A stretch of DNA of 64,000 bases from Waddliaceae bacterium (GTDB lineage: Bacteria; Chlamydiota; Chlamydiia; Chlamydiales; SLFE01). Shown piece by piece: positions 27,313 through 37,987 of the stretch. The notes beneath the pieces were generated by a model that made no database searches, had not been told where the DNA came from, and saw only the letters and a program-made list of their open reading frames with translations. The stretch's first letter is position 1, and every line of letters begins with the position of its first letter. The stretch lies in the NCBI GenBank assembly GCA_963783885.1, contig CAWAPJ010000043.1, positions 1 to 64,000 on the forward strand. The letters run 5' to 3'. Position numbers and translations under genes: made by a program.

Positions 27313-28983
27313 GTGAGCATGAACAAATCAGATAATAAAAACACCTTCACTCCCGGGCACCAGCAAAAGATCGACGAGCTGGTACATATAGCTAAAGAGC
27401 AAGGGTTTATCACTTATGAGGAAATCAATGACATCCTGCCTATGTCGTTTGACAACCCCGAGCTGATCGACCAGGTTCTCATCTTCATTTCCGGCATGGA
27501 TATTCAGATTCTGAATCAATCCGAAGTGGAACGCCAGAAAGAAAAGAAGAAAGAAGCTAAAGAAATGGAATCCGTTCCCAAGCGGGCAGAGGGGACTCCC
27601 GACGATCCGGTCCGCATGTACCTCAAAGAGATGGGGTCGGTTCCACTGCTGAGCCGGGAAGAAGAAGTTGAAATTTCCAAGCGTATAGAAAAAGCCCAGC
27701 AGCAGGTCGAAAAAATCATCATGCGCTTCCGTTATTCAGCCTCCGAGGCGATCGCGATTGCGACCTACCTTGTGCAGAATAAAGAACGCTTCGATAAGTG
27801 CATTTCGGAAAAAGAAGTCTCGAATAAACAGGAATTTGTTAGGAAGCTTCCCAAGCTGTGCGAACTGCTGCGGCAAGAAGATATCGTTTTGGAAGATCTT
27901 TTCGTACAACTGGACAACCCCAAGCTAAAGAAAGCGGGCCGCGCCAAGCTGCTCGAAGAAGTGGAAAAGTGTCGCATCAGAACGCAGGCTTATCTTAGGC
28001 ATTTGCATCTTAAACAAAATATCATCGAGGATTTTGGAGAGGTTATTCTCCAGTCCTATAACCGTTTTCTCGAGCTGGAAAAAGAGATCAAGGAACTGGA
28101 GCCGCGGGCCGAGAGGAACCGTTTTGCCGCCGGCAAGCTCGCCGCTGCGCAAAGGAAGCTGAAAAAGAAAGAGCTTGCCGCAGGCCGAACCCTCGACGAA
28201 TTTAAGAAAGATGTCCGGATGCTCCACCGCTGGATGGACAAGGCCCAGGAAGCCAAGCGGGAAATGGTGGAATCCAATCTCCGCCTGGTCATATCGATTG
28301 CCAAGAAGTATACCAACAGGGGGCTTTCGTTTCTCGACCTGATTCAGGAAGGGAATATGGGCCTCATGAAAGCGGTCGAAAAGTTTGAGTACCGCAGAGG
28401 CTATAAGTTTTCGACTTACGCGACCTGGTGGATCCGGCAGGCCGTTACCCGGGCGATAGCCGATCAGGCGCGCACCATCCGTATTCCCGTCCATATGATC
28501 GAGACGATCAACAAAGTTCTTCGCGGTGCGAAAAAACTGATGATGGAAACCGGACGCGAACCGACCCCTGAAGAGTTGGCAGAAGAGCTTGGCATTACAG
28601 CCGAGCGGGTTCGTGAAATTTACAAGATTGCCCAGCATCCCATATCTCTTCAGGCTGAAGTGGGTGACGGAGGGGAAAGCCAGTTCGGCGATTTTCTCGA
28701 AGACACCGCAGCCGACTCTCCATCGGAGGCAACGGGGTATTCCATTTTGAAAGATATGATGGCCGAAGTGCTTGAGACCTTGAACGATCGCGAGCGGAAG
28801 GTTCTGATCCAGCGTTTCGGGCTCAATGACGGAAAGCCGAAAACACTTGAAGAAGTCGGTGTGGAATTTAATGTGACCAGGGAGCGAATTCGGCAAATTG
28901 AAGCGAAGGCGCTGCGTAAAATGCGCCATCCGACAAGGTCCAAAAGACTCAGAGCCTTTCTCGATTTCCTCGAAGAAGAATAA
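27313..28983 (+). CDS. rpoD: Primary RNA polymerase sigma factor (sigma66/RpoD)
   Basis: [66 protein letters not shown]. Confidence 0.97.
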   Translation: MSMNKSDNKNTFTPGHQQKIDELVHIAKEQGFITYEEINDILPMSFDNPELIDQVLIFISGMDIQILNQSEVERQKEKKKEAKEMESVPKRAEGTPDDPVRMYLKEMGSVPLLSREEEVEISKRIEKAQQQVEKIIMRFRYSASEAIAIATYLVQNKERFDKCISEKEVSNKQEFVRKLPKLCELLRQEDIVLEDLFVQLDNPKLKKAGRAKLLEEVEKCRIRTQAYLRHLHLKQNIIEDFGEVILQSYNRFLELEKEIKELEPRAERNRFAAGKLAAAQRKLKKKELAAGRTLDEFKKDVRMLHRWMDKAQEAKREMVESNLRLVISIAKKYTNRGLSFLDLIQEGNMGLMKAVEKFEYRRGYKFSTYATWWIRQAVTRAIADQARTIRIPVHMIETINKVLRGAKKLMMETGREPTPEELAEELGITAERVREIYKIAQHPISLQAEVGDGGESQFGDFLEDTAADSPSEATGYSILKDMMAEVLETLNDRERKVLIQRFGLNDGKPKTLEEVGVEFNVTRERIRQIEAKALRKMRHPTRSKRLRAFLDFLEEE

Positions 28984-29061
28984 CCCGCTTTTATCACAGG
29001 AACTCGAGGTTTGCAAAAACTCGAGGAGTGACATACGTCAAACTAGACCGACGAGAGTTTT

Positions 29062-31314
29062 ATGCAAAATCGGCAGACAAATTGGTCAAAAGACTGTGAT
29101 AAAAGCGGGGTAATAAGCCTCGATACCGACTCCTTACTTAAGCTGCTCGAGCCTAAAGGTCGCTTGAACGGGTTTTTAAGCGGATATGAATCCCGCATCC
29201 AGCAGCAGGAGATGATGCGGGCTGTCATCGAGGCATTTAACAGTAAGCACATTTCTCTGATCGAGGCGGGGACCGGTACCGGAAAAAGCCTGGCATACTT
29301 AATTCCCGCTGCGGTAAAAGCTGCGGGCGACAACCAACCGGTAGTGATTGCGACAAAGACCATCAACCTCCAGCAGCAGCTGATTGAAAAGGACATTCCC
29401 TTAGTTGCGAAAGTTTTGGGCTTTGATTTTAAATACGCTCTTGTCAAGGGAATCGGCAATTATGTCTGCTTGAGAAAACTCAAAGATACAGAAAATGAAC
29501 TCGATCTTCTGCCGCCGGCAGAATCAAAGCAGTTGAGAAGAATCCAAGCCTGGGCAGAAACGACGCCGTCGGGATCGAAATCGGAGCTGGATTTCAATCC
29601 TTATTCCTCTGTTTGGGAAAAAGTGGGCTGCGAATTCGACACTTGCACATTCCGCAAATGTCCTCATTACGAAGATTGCCATTTCTTTAAAGCCCGCGAA
29701 GAGGCCAAAGAAGCTAAGATTCTTATCGTCAATCATCATATCCTCTTTGCCGATCTTGCTATGCGGGCCGCCGATGACAATTACGACGATGCGGCGCTGC
29801 TTCCTCATTATCGCCATGTGATTGTCGACGAGGCGCATCACATCGAAGATGTGGCGACAGAATTTTTTGCCGATCATGCATCCCGCCTTGATTTTATGAA
29901 AATCCTGGGAAAAATATCGTCAGAGAGAACGGGGTCCGATGCGGGAAGGTTGTCCATTTTAAAAAAGAAAGTGATGCAGGCCAGCAAACTGGCTCCCAAA
30001 GATCAGTTCGATAAGCTAATGACTCTGTTTAATGTACAGCTTCTTTTTAGCCGGCGGGAAGTGATCCGGCAGATTGCCGATTTTTTTCAGGCTCTGACAC
30101 ATTATTTCAGTCATAAACAAAAGAATGGAGAGGAAGAGAATAAACTCAGGCTCTTTCAAGGCTATGCGAATGACCGTTTTTGGCTGGAAGAAGTCAAGCC
30201 TTATGCGGACTCCTTTCTTCGGAGTATAAAAAGTTATACGCATACTCTTTATACTTTATGCAGGGAAATCAAAGAGATCGACCATCAGCCTCTGCAGGAG
30301 CAGTCAGCCGGCCTTCTTGCCGAAATATCGGCGTATGCCGCCCGTCTGGATGAAAAAGCCGCTGTTGTTGAAAAATGCGTTTTTGAAGAGGTTGGAAAAG
30401 AGTGCGTCCGCTGGCTTGAAACATCGCTTGTCAATACTTTGCAAAACATCACCATGATTGAAGCTAAGCTCGATATTTCCCCTTACCTTGTGCAAAACTT
30501 CTTTAAGAAATTTGAAACTATTGTCTTTTGCAGCGCGACGTTGACAACGAGCGGAAATTTTAATTATTTCAAAAACAGGCTTGGGCTTTCGTTGGACGAG
30601 CTATCTTATCGGAATATTGAGGAGGCGATTTTTCTCTCGCCTTTTGATTATCGGAAACAAGTGATGCTGGTCATTCCCTCCACTCTGCCCTCGCCGCAGG
30701 AAAGCTCTTATATTGATAAAGCGTCGGAGGCCATTCTTCAGGCGGTCAAAGCCAGCCATGGAAATGCTTTCATTTTGTTCACTTCCTATATCATGCTTCG
30801 GCAGTGCTGCGAAAAACTTACCCCTATCCTCAGGAAGCTCCGTTATGTCATATTGAAGCAAGGGGACGACCAGAGGCAGACCCTGCTCAATCATTTTAGA
30901 AACACGAACAGGTCGGTTCTATTTGCTACCGACTCCTTTTGGGAGGGAGTCGATGTTTCCGGGGAGGCGCTCAGGCTTGTCATCCTTGTGAAGCTTCCCT
31001 TTCGAGTGCCTTCCGAGCCGATCTTTCAGGCTAGGTCGGAACTGATCGCCTCTCAGGGAAGATCACCTTTTCTCGACTACTCGCTTCCTTCTGCCATTGT
31101 GAAATTCAAGCAGGGTTTCGGCCGTTTGATCCGCCATAAAAGCGACCGAGGCGTTGTTATGGTTCTCGATAGCCGCCTCATAAAAAAAGGGTACGGCAAA
31201 CAGTTTCTAAAAAGTCTTCCCGACTGTCCTCATATCTTCACTGAAAATCCATCAAAAGATATGGAAGCATTCTATAAGCGCACTTATCCTCTTGTCCTCT
31301 CCCGCAATTCGTGA
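29062..31314 (+). CDS. DinG/YoaA-family ATP-dependent helicase
   Basis: EAGTGTGKSLAYL, Fe-S cysteines, DEAH, SATL, SFWEGVDV, KQGFGRLIR; start uncertain. Confidence 0.92.
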   Translation: MQNRQTNWSKDCDKSGVISLDTDSLLKLLEPKGRLNGFLSGYESRIQQQEMMRAVIEAFNSKHISLIEAGTGTGKSLAYLIPAAVKAAGDNQPVVIATKTINLQQQLIEKDIPLVAKVLGFDFKYALVKGIGNYVCLRKLKDTENELDLLPPAESKQLRRIQAWAETTPSGSKSELDFNPYSSVWEKVGCEFDTCTFRKCPHYEDCHFFKAREEAKEAKILIVNHHILFADLAMRAADDNYDDAALLPHYRHVIVDEAHHIEDVATEFFADHASRLDFMKILGKISSERTGSDAGRLSILKKKVMQASKLAPKDQFDKLMTLFNVQLLFSRREVIRQIADFFQALTHYFSHKQKNGEEENKLRLFQGYANDRFWLEEVKPYADSFLRSIKSYTHTLYTLCREIKEIDHQPLQEQSAGLLAEISAYAARLDEKAAVVEKCVFEEVGKECVRWLETSLVNTLQNITMIEAKLDISPYLVQNFFKKFETIVFCSATLTTSGNFNYFKNRLGLSLDELSYRNIEEAIFLSPFDYRKQVMLVIPSTLPSPQESSYIDKASEAILQAVKASHGNAFILFTSYIMLRQCCEKLTPILRKLRYVILKQGDDQRQTLLNHFRNTNRSVLFATDSFWEGVDVSGEALRLVILVKLPFRVPSEPIFQARSELIASQGRSPFLDYSLPSAIVKFKQGFGRLIRHKSDRGVVMVLDSRLIKKGYGKQFLKSLPDCPHIFTENPSKDMEAFYKRTYPLVLSRNS

Positions 31315-31328
31315 TATAAGGCGGGGAT

Positions 31329-31787
31329 ATGAAGAGGATTGTTTTAGTCAGGCATGCGAAACCTGAAAGCGGAGCGAGCAGTGAAAATCCCCCTTTAAGC
31401 GAAGAGGGACGCGATACCCACAGCCGCATTTCCGAAGAGTTGAAGAATCAGGGGATCAGGCCCACAAAAATTTTGTCCTCCCCTCTTTTGCGCGCCATGC
31501 AGTCCGCCGAAATTATGGCCAAAGAATTCGGGCTAGATGTTCAGGAAGAGCCGATTCTTGACGGATCCAGAAGCGCAGAAGAGATTGTGAAGGAAATTCA
31601 ACGGACACCCGACGGCGAATCCGTTTTTCTTGTCGGTCACGTTCCCGTTATGACCGAACTGGCCAACCGGCTCGGCCCCGAAAAAGTGACTGAAGGAGTC
31701 AGCAAAAGCGGCTGTGTCATCTTTGACTTTGTCACCGATATCGACTTCGGAAAGGGGCAGTATGTCGGCTACATTCATTCAAATTGA
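31329..31787 (+). CDS. sixA: Phosphohistidine phosphatase SixA family
   Basis: LVRHAK, LSEEG, SSPLLRAMQSA, LVGHVP. Confidence 0.8.
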   Translation: MKRIVLVRHAKPESGASSENPPLSEEGRDTHSRISEELKNQGIRPTKILSSPLLRAMQSAEIMAKEFGLDVQEEPILDGSRSAEEIVKEIQRTPDGESVFLVGHVPVMTELANRLGPEKVTEGVSKSGCVIFDFVTDIDFGKGQYVGYIHSN

Positions 31788-33265
31788 CCAAGATGCGTGA
31801 CAGGTGGCCATCAAAAACAATATTCATCTTTGCCGCGGTCGGCTCTGCGGTAGGGCTTGGAAATATTTGGCGTTTTCCCTACCTGGTCGGCAAATATGGG
31901 GGAGGAGCCTTTCTATTTCCCTATATTCTTCTTCTCTTTCTCTTTGGAATTCCTTTGCTGGTTCTGGAGATTTCTTTGGGACAAAAAATGCAGCTGGGAG
32001 CTGTCGGCGCTTTCAGAAAAATCGGCAAACCGTTTTCCGGCATCGGGGTGGGGGCTGTTTTGTGCAGTTTCTTTGTCTCCTGTTACTACGCCGTCGTGAT
32101 GGCCTGGAGCATCATGTATATTTATTACTCCGTGAACATCTCATGGGGCGAGTCTCCCAGCACATTTTTCTTTCGAGATGTTTTGCACAGCGCGTCTGGT
32201 CCATCGGACCTTTGGACGATACCCACGCCTGTATTGACGGCTCTGGTTCTTTGCTGGTTTTTCGTCTATTTCTGCATATGGAAAGGGGTGAAGAGTGTCA
32301 GCGCAGTTGTTGTCGTCACGATGCCCCTTCCCGTTATTTTACTGTTTATCCTTTTGATTCGCGGCGTCACGCTTCCCGGCTCTGTAGACGGACTTATCTA
32401 TTACTTTTCTCCCAACTTCAAAGCGCTATTGGATATCGAAGTGTGGAGGGTGGCAATGACGCAGGTCTTCTTCAGCCTCTCTTTAGGTTTCGGGGTGATG
32501 ATCGCTTATGGAAGTTACGAAAAATCGACCGGCGATATTGTCAAAAGCGCTTATATTATAGCGCTTTCCGATGCCGCTGTTGCGCTTTTGTCGGGCTGCG
32601 TTGTTTTTGCGACTCTCGGCTATATGTCGCATGAAAGCGGTTCTTCTTTGGCCGATTTGGCCGCTTCGGGGCCGAGCCTGGCCTTTATTGTCTTTCCCAA
32701 GGCCCTGTCGCTGATTCCCGGAGCCCCTTTTTTTGCTTTCTTTTTCTTTTTGATGTTATTGATGCTTGGGATCGACAGTTTGTTTTCTCTGGTCGAAGCG
32801 ATTTCCACAACTCTGCACGATCAATGGAGCTTTATCAGAAAAGAAGACATAACTTTATATGTCTGCGTCTTTTGTTTCTTGGGAGGACTCATTTTTACCA
32901 CGACGGCCGGCATTTACTTTCTCGACATTTCCGACCACTACGTGACTTTTTATGGACTTGTGACCGTCAGTTTCTTGCAGGCCCTTGTTGCCGGCTGGTG
33001 CTACAAAGCTCAGCCGCTCTACCACTGGATTAACGAAGTCTCGACCTGGCAGCTGACAAGGTGGTGGCCATTTTGCATCCGTTATTTTGCCCCAGTCTGT
33101 TTATTTCTTTTGATTGCAAGCGGTTTGTACCAAGATATCACAACGCCCTACGAAGGTTATCCCGGATGGGCGACTATCCTCATGGGTTGGATAGTGATTG
33201 CCTTTATCATCTTTGCAGGGGTGGTTCATTCTTATGCCTCTATCCGGAAGCCTTTCAAGAAATAG
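31784..33265 (+). CDS. Sodium-dependent transporter, SNF/NSS family
   Basis: GSAVGLGNIWRFPY...GGGAFL.PY, QVFFSLSLGFG, GPSLAFIVFP; ATG alternative at 31793. Confidence 0.92.
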   Translation: MTKMRDRWPSKTIFIFAAVGSAVGLGNIWRFPYLVGKYGGGAFLFPYILLLFLFGIPLLVLEISLGQKMQLGAVGAFRKIGKPFSGIGVGAVLCSFFVSCYYAVVMAWSIMYIYYSVNISWGESPSTFFFRDVLHSASGPSDLWTIPTPVLTALVLCWFFVYFCIWKGVKSVSAVVVVTMPLPVILLFILLIRGVTLPGSVDGLIYYFSPNFKALLDIEVWRVAMTQVFFSLSLGFGVMIAYGSYEKSTGDIVKSAYIIALSDAAVALLSGCVVFATLGYMSHESGSSLADLAASGPSLAFIVFPKALSLIPGAPFFAFFFFLMLLMLGIDSLFSLVEAISTTLHDQWSFIRKEDITLYVCVFCFLGGLIFTTTAGIYFLDISDHYVTFYGLVTVSFLQALVAGWCYKAQPLYHWINEVSTWQLTRWWPFCIRYFAPVCLFLLIASGLYQDITTPYEGYPGWATILMGWIVIAFIIFAGVVHSYASIRKPFKK

Positions 33266-33293
33266 GCAAACCCATTATAGAAATAAGTAAGAT

Positions 33294-34217
33294 ATGAAAG
33301 AAAGGACCATTCCAAAAGAGATTTTCTGGCGACGCATGCATTCTCTTGCAGGGCTTTGGCTGATCCTGTTTATTATCGAACACTTGCTGACCAATTCACA
33401 GTCGGCCCTTTTTTTCGGCAATGACGGACGGGGGTTTATCGAATCGGTTAATTGGATTCACAGCCTTCCCTATCTGCCCGCTATCGAAATCATTTTCCTC
33501 GCGCTCCCCTTCTTTGTTCATGGATTATGGGGATTAAAGTATGCGCGGGAGGCCAAATTCAATTCATTTCCTTCGGATGGCACAAGGCCTGCGCTGACAC
33601 GCTACAGAAGAAATCACGGATTCACCTGGCAGAGGATAACCGCCTGGATTTTAGCGGTGGGAGTCGTCGCCCATGTGGTGCAGATGAGATTTATCGACTA
33701 TCCTGAGGAAACCCCCTTGGGCGCAAAGGAAAATTATATCGTCAGGGTCAGCGATGATCCCGGCCTTAAGACCCTTGCCTGGAAGCTGAATTTTCAGATT
33801 TTTACCCAGGAAAGGGTAGAAGCTTTATCAAAACAACTGGAGGCAGAGCCTGCAGCCGCAGGCGCTGTTCAGAAACAGAAAAAGAAAGAAAATACCAAAT
33901 TTCTTCATGCGCTTGAGGCAAAACCGCTTAGGCAGGGGGAGGTGGCCGTCGTCGCCGCAAATTTTGGAACCGCCTCGCTTATGGTTGTGCGCGATACGTT
34001 TAAGAGTCCTCTGATGATTATTCTCTATGCCCTTTTCGTGATTGCTGCCGGCTATCACGCGTTTTATGGGCTCTGGACCGCGTTTATCACATGGGGATTC
34101 AATATCAAACCCAAGACTCAGAGTCAATTTTTTCTCGTGACCAATACATTGATGGTCGTTGTCACCGCATTGGGGTTGGCTTCGGTCTTTTTAACTTATT
34201 TAAACTTGAAAAGTTAG
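33294..34217 (+). CDS. sdhC: Succinate dehydrogenase cytochrome b subunit
   Basis: RRMHSLAG, EHLLTN, FFVHG, WQRITA, VAHV, YHAFYGLWT; lies upstream of sdhA. Confidence 0.88.
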   Translation: MKERTIPKEIFWRRMHSLAGLWLILFIIEHLLTNSQSALFFGNDGRGFIESVNWIHSLPYLPAIEIIFLALPFFVHGLWGLKYAREAKFNSFPSDGTRPALTRYRRNHGFTWQRITAWILAVGVVAHVVQMRFIDYPEETPLGAKENYIVRVSDDPGLKTLAWKLNFQIFTQERVEALSKQLEAEPAAAGAVQKQKKKENTKFLHALEAKPLRQGEVAVVAANFGTASLMVVRDTFKSPLMIILYALFVIAAGYHAFYGLWTAFITWGFNIKPKTQSQFFLVTNTLMVVVTALGLASVFLTYLNLKS

Positions 34218-34227
34218 GAGTACAATT

Positions 34228-34470
34228 ATGAAACTCAATGCTACAGCTCTCGGTGTTGCGGGAGGCATAATATGGGGGGTTTCGATGCTTATCTTAACCT
34301 GGATTTGCATGGCAAACGGCTATGCTGCCATGTGGCTCGAGGTGATGGCAAGCGTCTATCCCGGCTACAACATAAGTTTTGGCGGAAGCATCATCGGTCT
34401 GCTTTACGGTTTTGCCGATGGTTTTATCGGGCTTTTTATTTTAGGCTGGCTTTATAACCGCTTAGGGTAG
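34228..34470 (+). CDS. Small two-TM membrane protein (family often labelled bacteriophage holin)
   Basis: AGGAG RBS; MKLNATALGVAGGIIWG...YPGY..SFGGSIIGLLYGFADGFIG..LGWLYN. Confidence 0.7.
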   Translation: MKLNATALGVAGGIIWGVSMLILTWICMANGYAAMWLEVMASVYPGYNISFGGSIIGLLYGFADGFIGLFILGWLYNRLG

Positions 34471-34473
34471 TCC

Positions 34474-36363
34474 ATGGAAAAACAAAAAGAGGTCATTGTT
34501 GTCGGCGGAGGCCTGGCGGGTCTTTCCGCCTCGATGAAGCTTGCCGAAAACGGGTGCCGTGTGAAACTCATTTCGATCACGAAATGCCGGCGCTCCCACT
34601 CGGTTTGCGCTCAAGGTGGAATCAATGCCGCCATGAATCTGATGGGAGAAGAAGACTCTCCGATCATTCATGCTTATGATACCATGAAAGGAGGCGATTT
34701 TCTCGCCGACCAGCCCCCCATTTTAGAAATGTGTTTGACAGCCCCGTCGATCATCCGCATGATGGACCGCTTCGGGTGTCCTTTCAACAGAACTCCCGAA
34801 GGGAATATGGACTTTAGAAGATTCGGGGGCACTCTTTATAACCGTACAGCTTTTTGCGGTGCCTCCACCGGTCAGCAGCTCATGTACACCCTCGACGAGC
34901 AGGTGCGCCGCTATGAAGTGAAGGGGCTTGTCGAAAAGTTCGAAAACCATGAGTTTATGCGCCTTGTCTTAGACGAGGAAGGTATCGCAAGAGGCATTGT
35001 CCTCATGGATCTGTTCAATCTCAAATTGGACGTTCTCAAAGCTGATGCTGTGGTAATTGCGACAGGAGGACTTGGACTTCTTTTTAAAAAATCGACCAAC
35101 TCGACCTTTTGTACGGGTGCTGCCAACGGACGTCTCTACAAGCAGGGGATGGAATACGCCAATGGCGAGTTTATCCAGATTCATCCGACAGCTATCCCGG
35201 GAATCGACAAAATGCGGCTTATGTCCGAATCAGCGAGAGGAGAGGGGGGAAGAGTTTGGGTTTATGGAGACTCTTCCAAAACCATTACGGCGCCAAATGG
35301 AGAAGAAGTGCCCTGCGGCGAGACGGGAGAGCCCTGGTATTTCCTCGAAGAGCTTTATCCCGGCTACGGTAACTTAGTCCCGCGCGATATCGGCGCCCGC
35401 GTTGTCCTCCGTGTTTGCGAAATGGGCCTTGGGGTTGACGGCAAAATGCAAGTCTACCTCGATGTGTCACACCTTCCCGATGAGACCAAGCACAAGCTCG
35501 ATGCTATTTTAGAGATTTACCAAAAATTCACCGGCGAAGACCCCAGAAAGGTTCCCATGCGGATTTTTCCCGCTGTTCACTACACAATGGGCGGAGCCTG
35601 GGTCGATTGGCCCGCTGCCGACGACCCAGACCGCCTGGAGCGGTATCGCCAAATGACAAATATCACCGGCTGTTTCAACATAGGCGAGTCGGACTTTTCC
35701 TACCACGGAGCCAACCGCCTGGGAGCCAATGCCCTGCTTTCTTGTATCTTTAGCGGACTCGTGGCCGGTCAGGAGGTTCCCCGGTATATCGACAACCTCT
35801 CAAAAGCGTTTTCCGAAATTCCCGAAAGCGTCTTTGACCGGGCCTTAGAGGAGGAAAAGCGTTTCAAAGAAGATCTTTTTGCCCGAAAGGGGCCGGAAAA
35901 TGTGTTCAAGCTTCATGATGAGCTAGCTGATGCCCTCGTCAATAACGCCACCGTTAAACGAAGCGATGAAAATCTCCGCAAAACGCTCGATTTCATCAAG
36001 GAAATCAGAGAGCGGTATCAACACATCACCTTAAGCGACAAGGGGCGCTTTGCCAATCAGACATATATTTTCGCAAATCAGTTTGACGCGATGATCAATC
36101 TTGCGTTAATTATTGTGAAAGGGGCGCTGCTCCGCAACGAGTTTCGCGGCGCTCACTATAAAGAAGGGTATGACGAGCGCGACGACGAGAATTGGCTGAG
36201 GCATACGATAGCAACCTACGAACCGAATCGGGATGAACCGGTGATCAGTTATAAGCCGGTGGACTTAAGACATCTGGAACCTTTGCAGCGCAATTATGTG
36301 AAAGCTAAAAAAGTGAAGCCGGAGTTGAAAAATATTCCGGAGAACATTCAACTGCCCATATAG
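34474..36363 (+). CDS. sdhA: Succinate dehydrogenase flavoprotein subunit
   Basis: VVGGGLAG, RSHSVCAQGGINA, QIHPT, SESARGEGG, HYTMGG, HGANRLGANALL. Confidence 0.97.
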   Translation: MEKQKEVIVVGGGLAGLSASMKLAENGCRVKLISITKCRRSHSVCAQGGINAAMNLMGEEDSPIIHAYDTMKGGDFLADQPPILEMCLTAPSIIRMMDRFGCPFNRTPEGNMDFRRFGGTLYNRTAFCGASTGQQLMYTLDEQVRRYEVKGLVEKFENHEFMRLVLDEEGIARGIVLMDLFNLKLDVLKADAVVIATGGLGLLFKKSTNSTFCTGAANGRLYKQGMEYANGEFIQIHPTAIPGIDKMRLMSESARGEGGRVWVYGDSSKTITAPNGEEVPCGETGEPWYFLEELYPGYGNLVPRDIGARVVLRVCEMGLGVDGKMQVYLDVSHLPDETKHKLDAILEIYQKFTGEDPRKVPMRIFPAVHYTMGGAWVDWPAADDPDRLERYRQMTNITGCFNIGESDFSYHGANRLGANALLSCIFSGLVAGQEVPRYIDNLSKAFSEIPESVFDRALEEEKRFKEDLFARKGPENVFKLHDELADALVNNATVKRSDENLRKTLDFIKEIRERYQHITLSDKGRFANQTYIFANQFDAMINLALIIVKGALLRNEFRGAHYKEGYDERDDENWLRHTIATYEPNRDEPVISYKPVDLRHLEPLQRNYVKAKKVKPELKNIPENIQLPI

Positions 36364-36372
36364 GACAGGCTT

Positions 36373-37140
36373 ATGGCCGATACGTATATTTTAAAAATTT
36401 ATCGGGGAACGCCGGGCAAGCAATATTGGGAAGAATTCGAGTTCGAGCTCATGCCGCAGGCGAATGTGATTTCCTCTTTGATGGAAATCCAAAAAAATCC
36501 CGTCAACCGCAAAGGAAAGGCGGTCGAGCCGGTCGTTTGGCAGCAGGGGTGCCTTGAAGAAGTGTGCGGGTCCTGTTCGATGCTCATCAACGGTCATCCC
36601 CGCCAGGCATGCACCGCTCTGATCAAGAATATCATCGAAGAAACCGGAAGCCATGTCATTACCCTTGCGCCTTTTACCAAATTTCCCCTAGTGCGTGATT
36701 TGATTGTCGACCGCTCGGCCATGTTTGACAATCTAAAAAGAGTGCACGCCTGGATAGATGCCGACCTATCCTACGACCGGGGTCCCGGCCCGAAAATCAG
36801 CCCCGCCGTCCAGCAGGTGATGTATGAGCTCTCAACATGCATGACCTGCGGCTGCTGCTCCGAAGGCTGCCCCAATGTCAACGAAAGATCCGATTTTATG
36901 GGACCGGCTCCCATCTCCACCGTCCGTTTTCTCAATCTGCATCCCACCGGTCATACTCAGCAGCATGAAAGACTTGGCCCCCTTATGGGAAAAGGGGGTA
37001 TCGGCGGCTGCGGCAATGCTCAAAACTGCGTCCGTGTCTGCCCCAAGCGCATTCCTCTGACTGACAGCATCGCCGAAATTGGCCGCGCCGTGACCCTCCA
37101 GGCCCTGCGCAACATTTTCAGCGGCCCTGAAGAAGAATAA
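36373..37140 (+). CDS. sdhB: Succinate dehydrogenase iron-sulfur subunit
   Basis: CLEEVCGSC, CMTCGCCSEGCP, CGNAQNCVRVCP. Confidence 0.97.
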   Translation: MADTYILKIYRGTPGKQYWEEFEFELMPQANVISSLMEIQKNPVNRKGKAVEPVVWQQGCLEEVCGSCSMLINGHPRQACTALIKNIIEETGSHVITLAPFTKFPLVRDLIVDRSAMFDNLKRVHAWIDADLSYDRGPGPKISPAVQQVMYELSTCMTCGCCSEGCPNVNERSDFMGPAPISTVRFLNLHPTGHTQQHERLGPLMGKGGIGGCGNAQNCVRVCPKRIPLTDSIAEIGRAVTLQALRNIFSGPEEE

Positions 37141-37181
37141 TTCATTGCTTTCTATTTGAAAATTCTTATTCTTTTAACCTT

Positions 37182-37637
37182 ATGAATGTTCAACTGACCG
37201 AATCTAAACGAAAGGAACTCTTTCAAAAGTTTTTCAATCATGAGGAAATTGCCTGGCGAAGATCCGGGAGGTATATGGAATTCCGTATCGATGATGGATT
37301 GTTCATCTACGATGATGATGCCGACGGATACGATATTTTTTTGAAACAGTACGGGTTTCCCTCAATGAGAAGGGAAAGTGAAATGGGCTACTTTCTAGAT
37401 GGCATTATCTCCCTTGTATGCCGCGTTCATTTGATACATTTCGCGAACCAGATCAACAGCATAGCAGAGCTTTCTAAGTGGGAGAGGTCGAAATTCATCC
37501 TGGCCACGAAAGATGTGCGCCTGATTTCCGACAAGCTTCTTTGCCTTCCCAATAAGACGCAAACGACTCCGGAGATCGAGGTGATGCTCAAACAAGTGGC
37601 TCTCTACCGTCTGTCAAAGCAAAATCGGGTGTTCTAA
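37182..37637 (+). CDS. Hypothetical protein
   Basis: 151-aa ORF filling the gap after sdhB; no family recognised. Confidence 0.55.
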   Translation: MNVQLTESKRKELFQKFFNHEEIAWRRSGRYMEFRIDDGLFIYDDDADGYDIFLKQYGFPSMRRESEMGYFLDGIISLVCRVHLIHFANQINSIAELSKWERSKFILATKDVRLISDKLLCLPNKTQTTPEIEVMLKQVALYRLSKQNRVF

Positions 37638-37830
37638 GCTGCTTTAAGATAAACCGATTCAAAAAAATATTAAAACACAGAGGCACAAAGACACAAAGAG
37701 GTGCAGTTCACTAACTATAGGGAAGTAAGCATTCGGCGATCTACGTTTCCCGGATAACTTGCGGGGGCTTTGGTCTGCTTCGACAACCCCTGGAGGGGTT
37801 GCCTCCATCGGGCGCCTTGCGGCCCTTCGC

Positions 37831-37984
37831 CCCTGATTGCTACCTAAACCTCAGCTAGAGCTTACACGAGCACACCATCTACTGCCTGTAGCGCCTCGGC
37901 AAGGGATTACCCTTGCCGTCGACGCTACAGTTGTATCTGGCGCACTCGTGTAAGCTCTAGCTAAGGTTTAGGTAGCAATCAGGG
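37831..37984. repeat. 154-bp near-perfect palindrome (MITE/REP-like hairpin)
   Basis: Arms CCCTGATTGCTACCTAAACCTCAGCTAGAGCTTACACGAG and CTCGTGTAAGCTCTAGCTAAGGTTTAGGTAGCAATCAGGG around a central GGCAAGGG-ATTA-CCCTTGCC. Confidence 0.92.
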
Positions 37985-37987
37985 TCT

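Noticed and set aside
27925..29034. 369-aa ORF antisense to rpoD, and similar ones opposite fusA, topA and uvrB
   Set aside because: Typical antisense shadows of conserved genes with no protein-like motifs.
34228..34470. Prophage inferred from the holin-like gene
   Set aside because: No endolysin, structural or integrase genes nearby.
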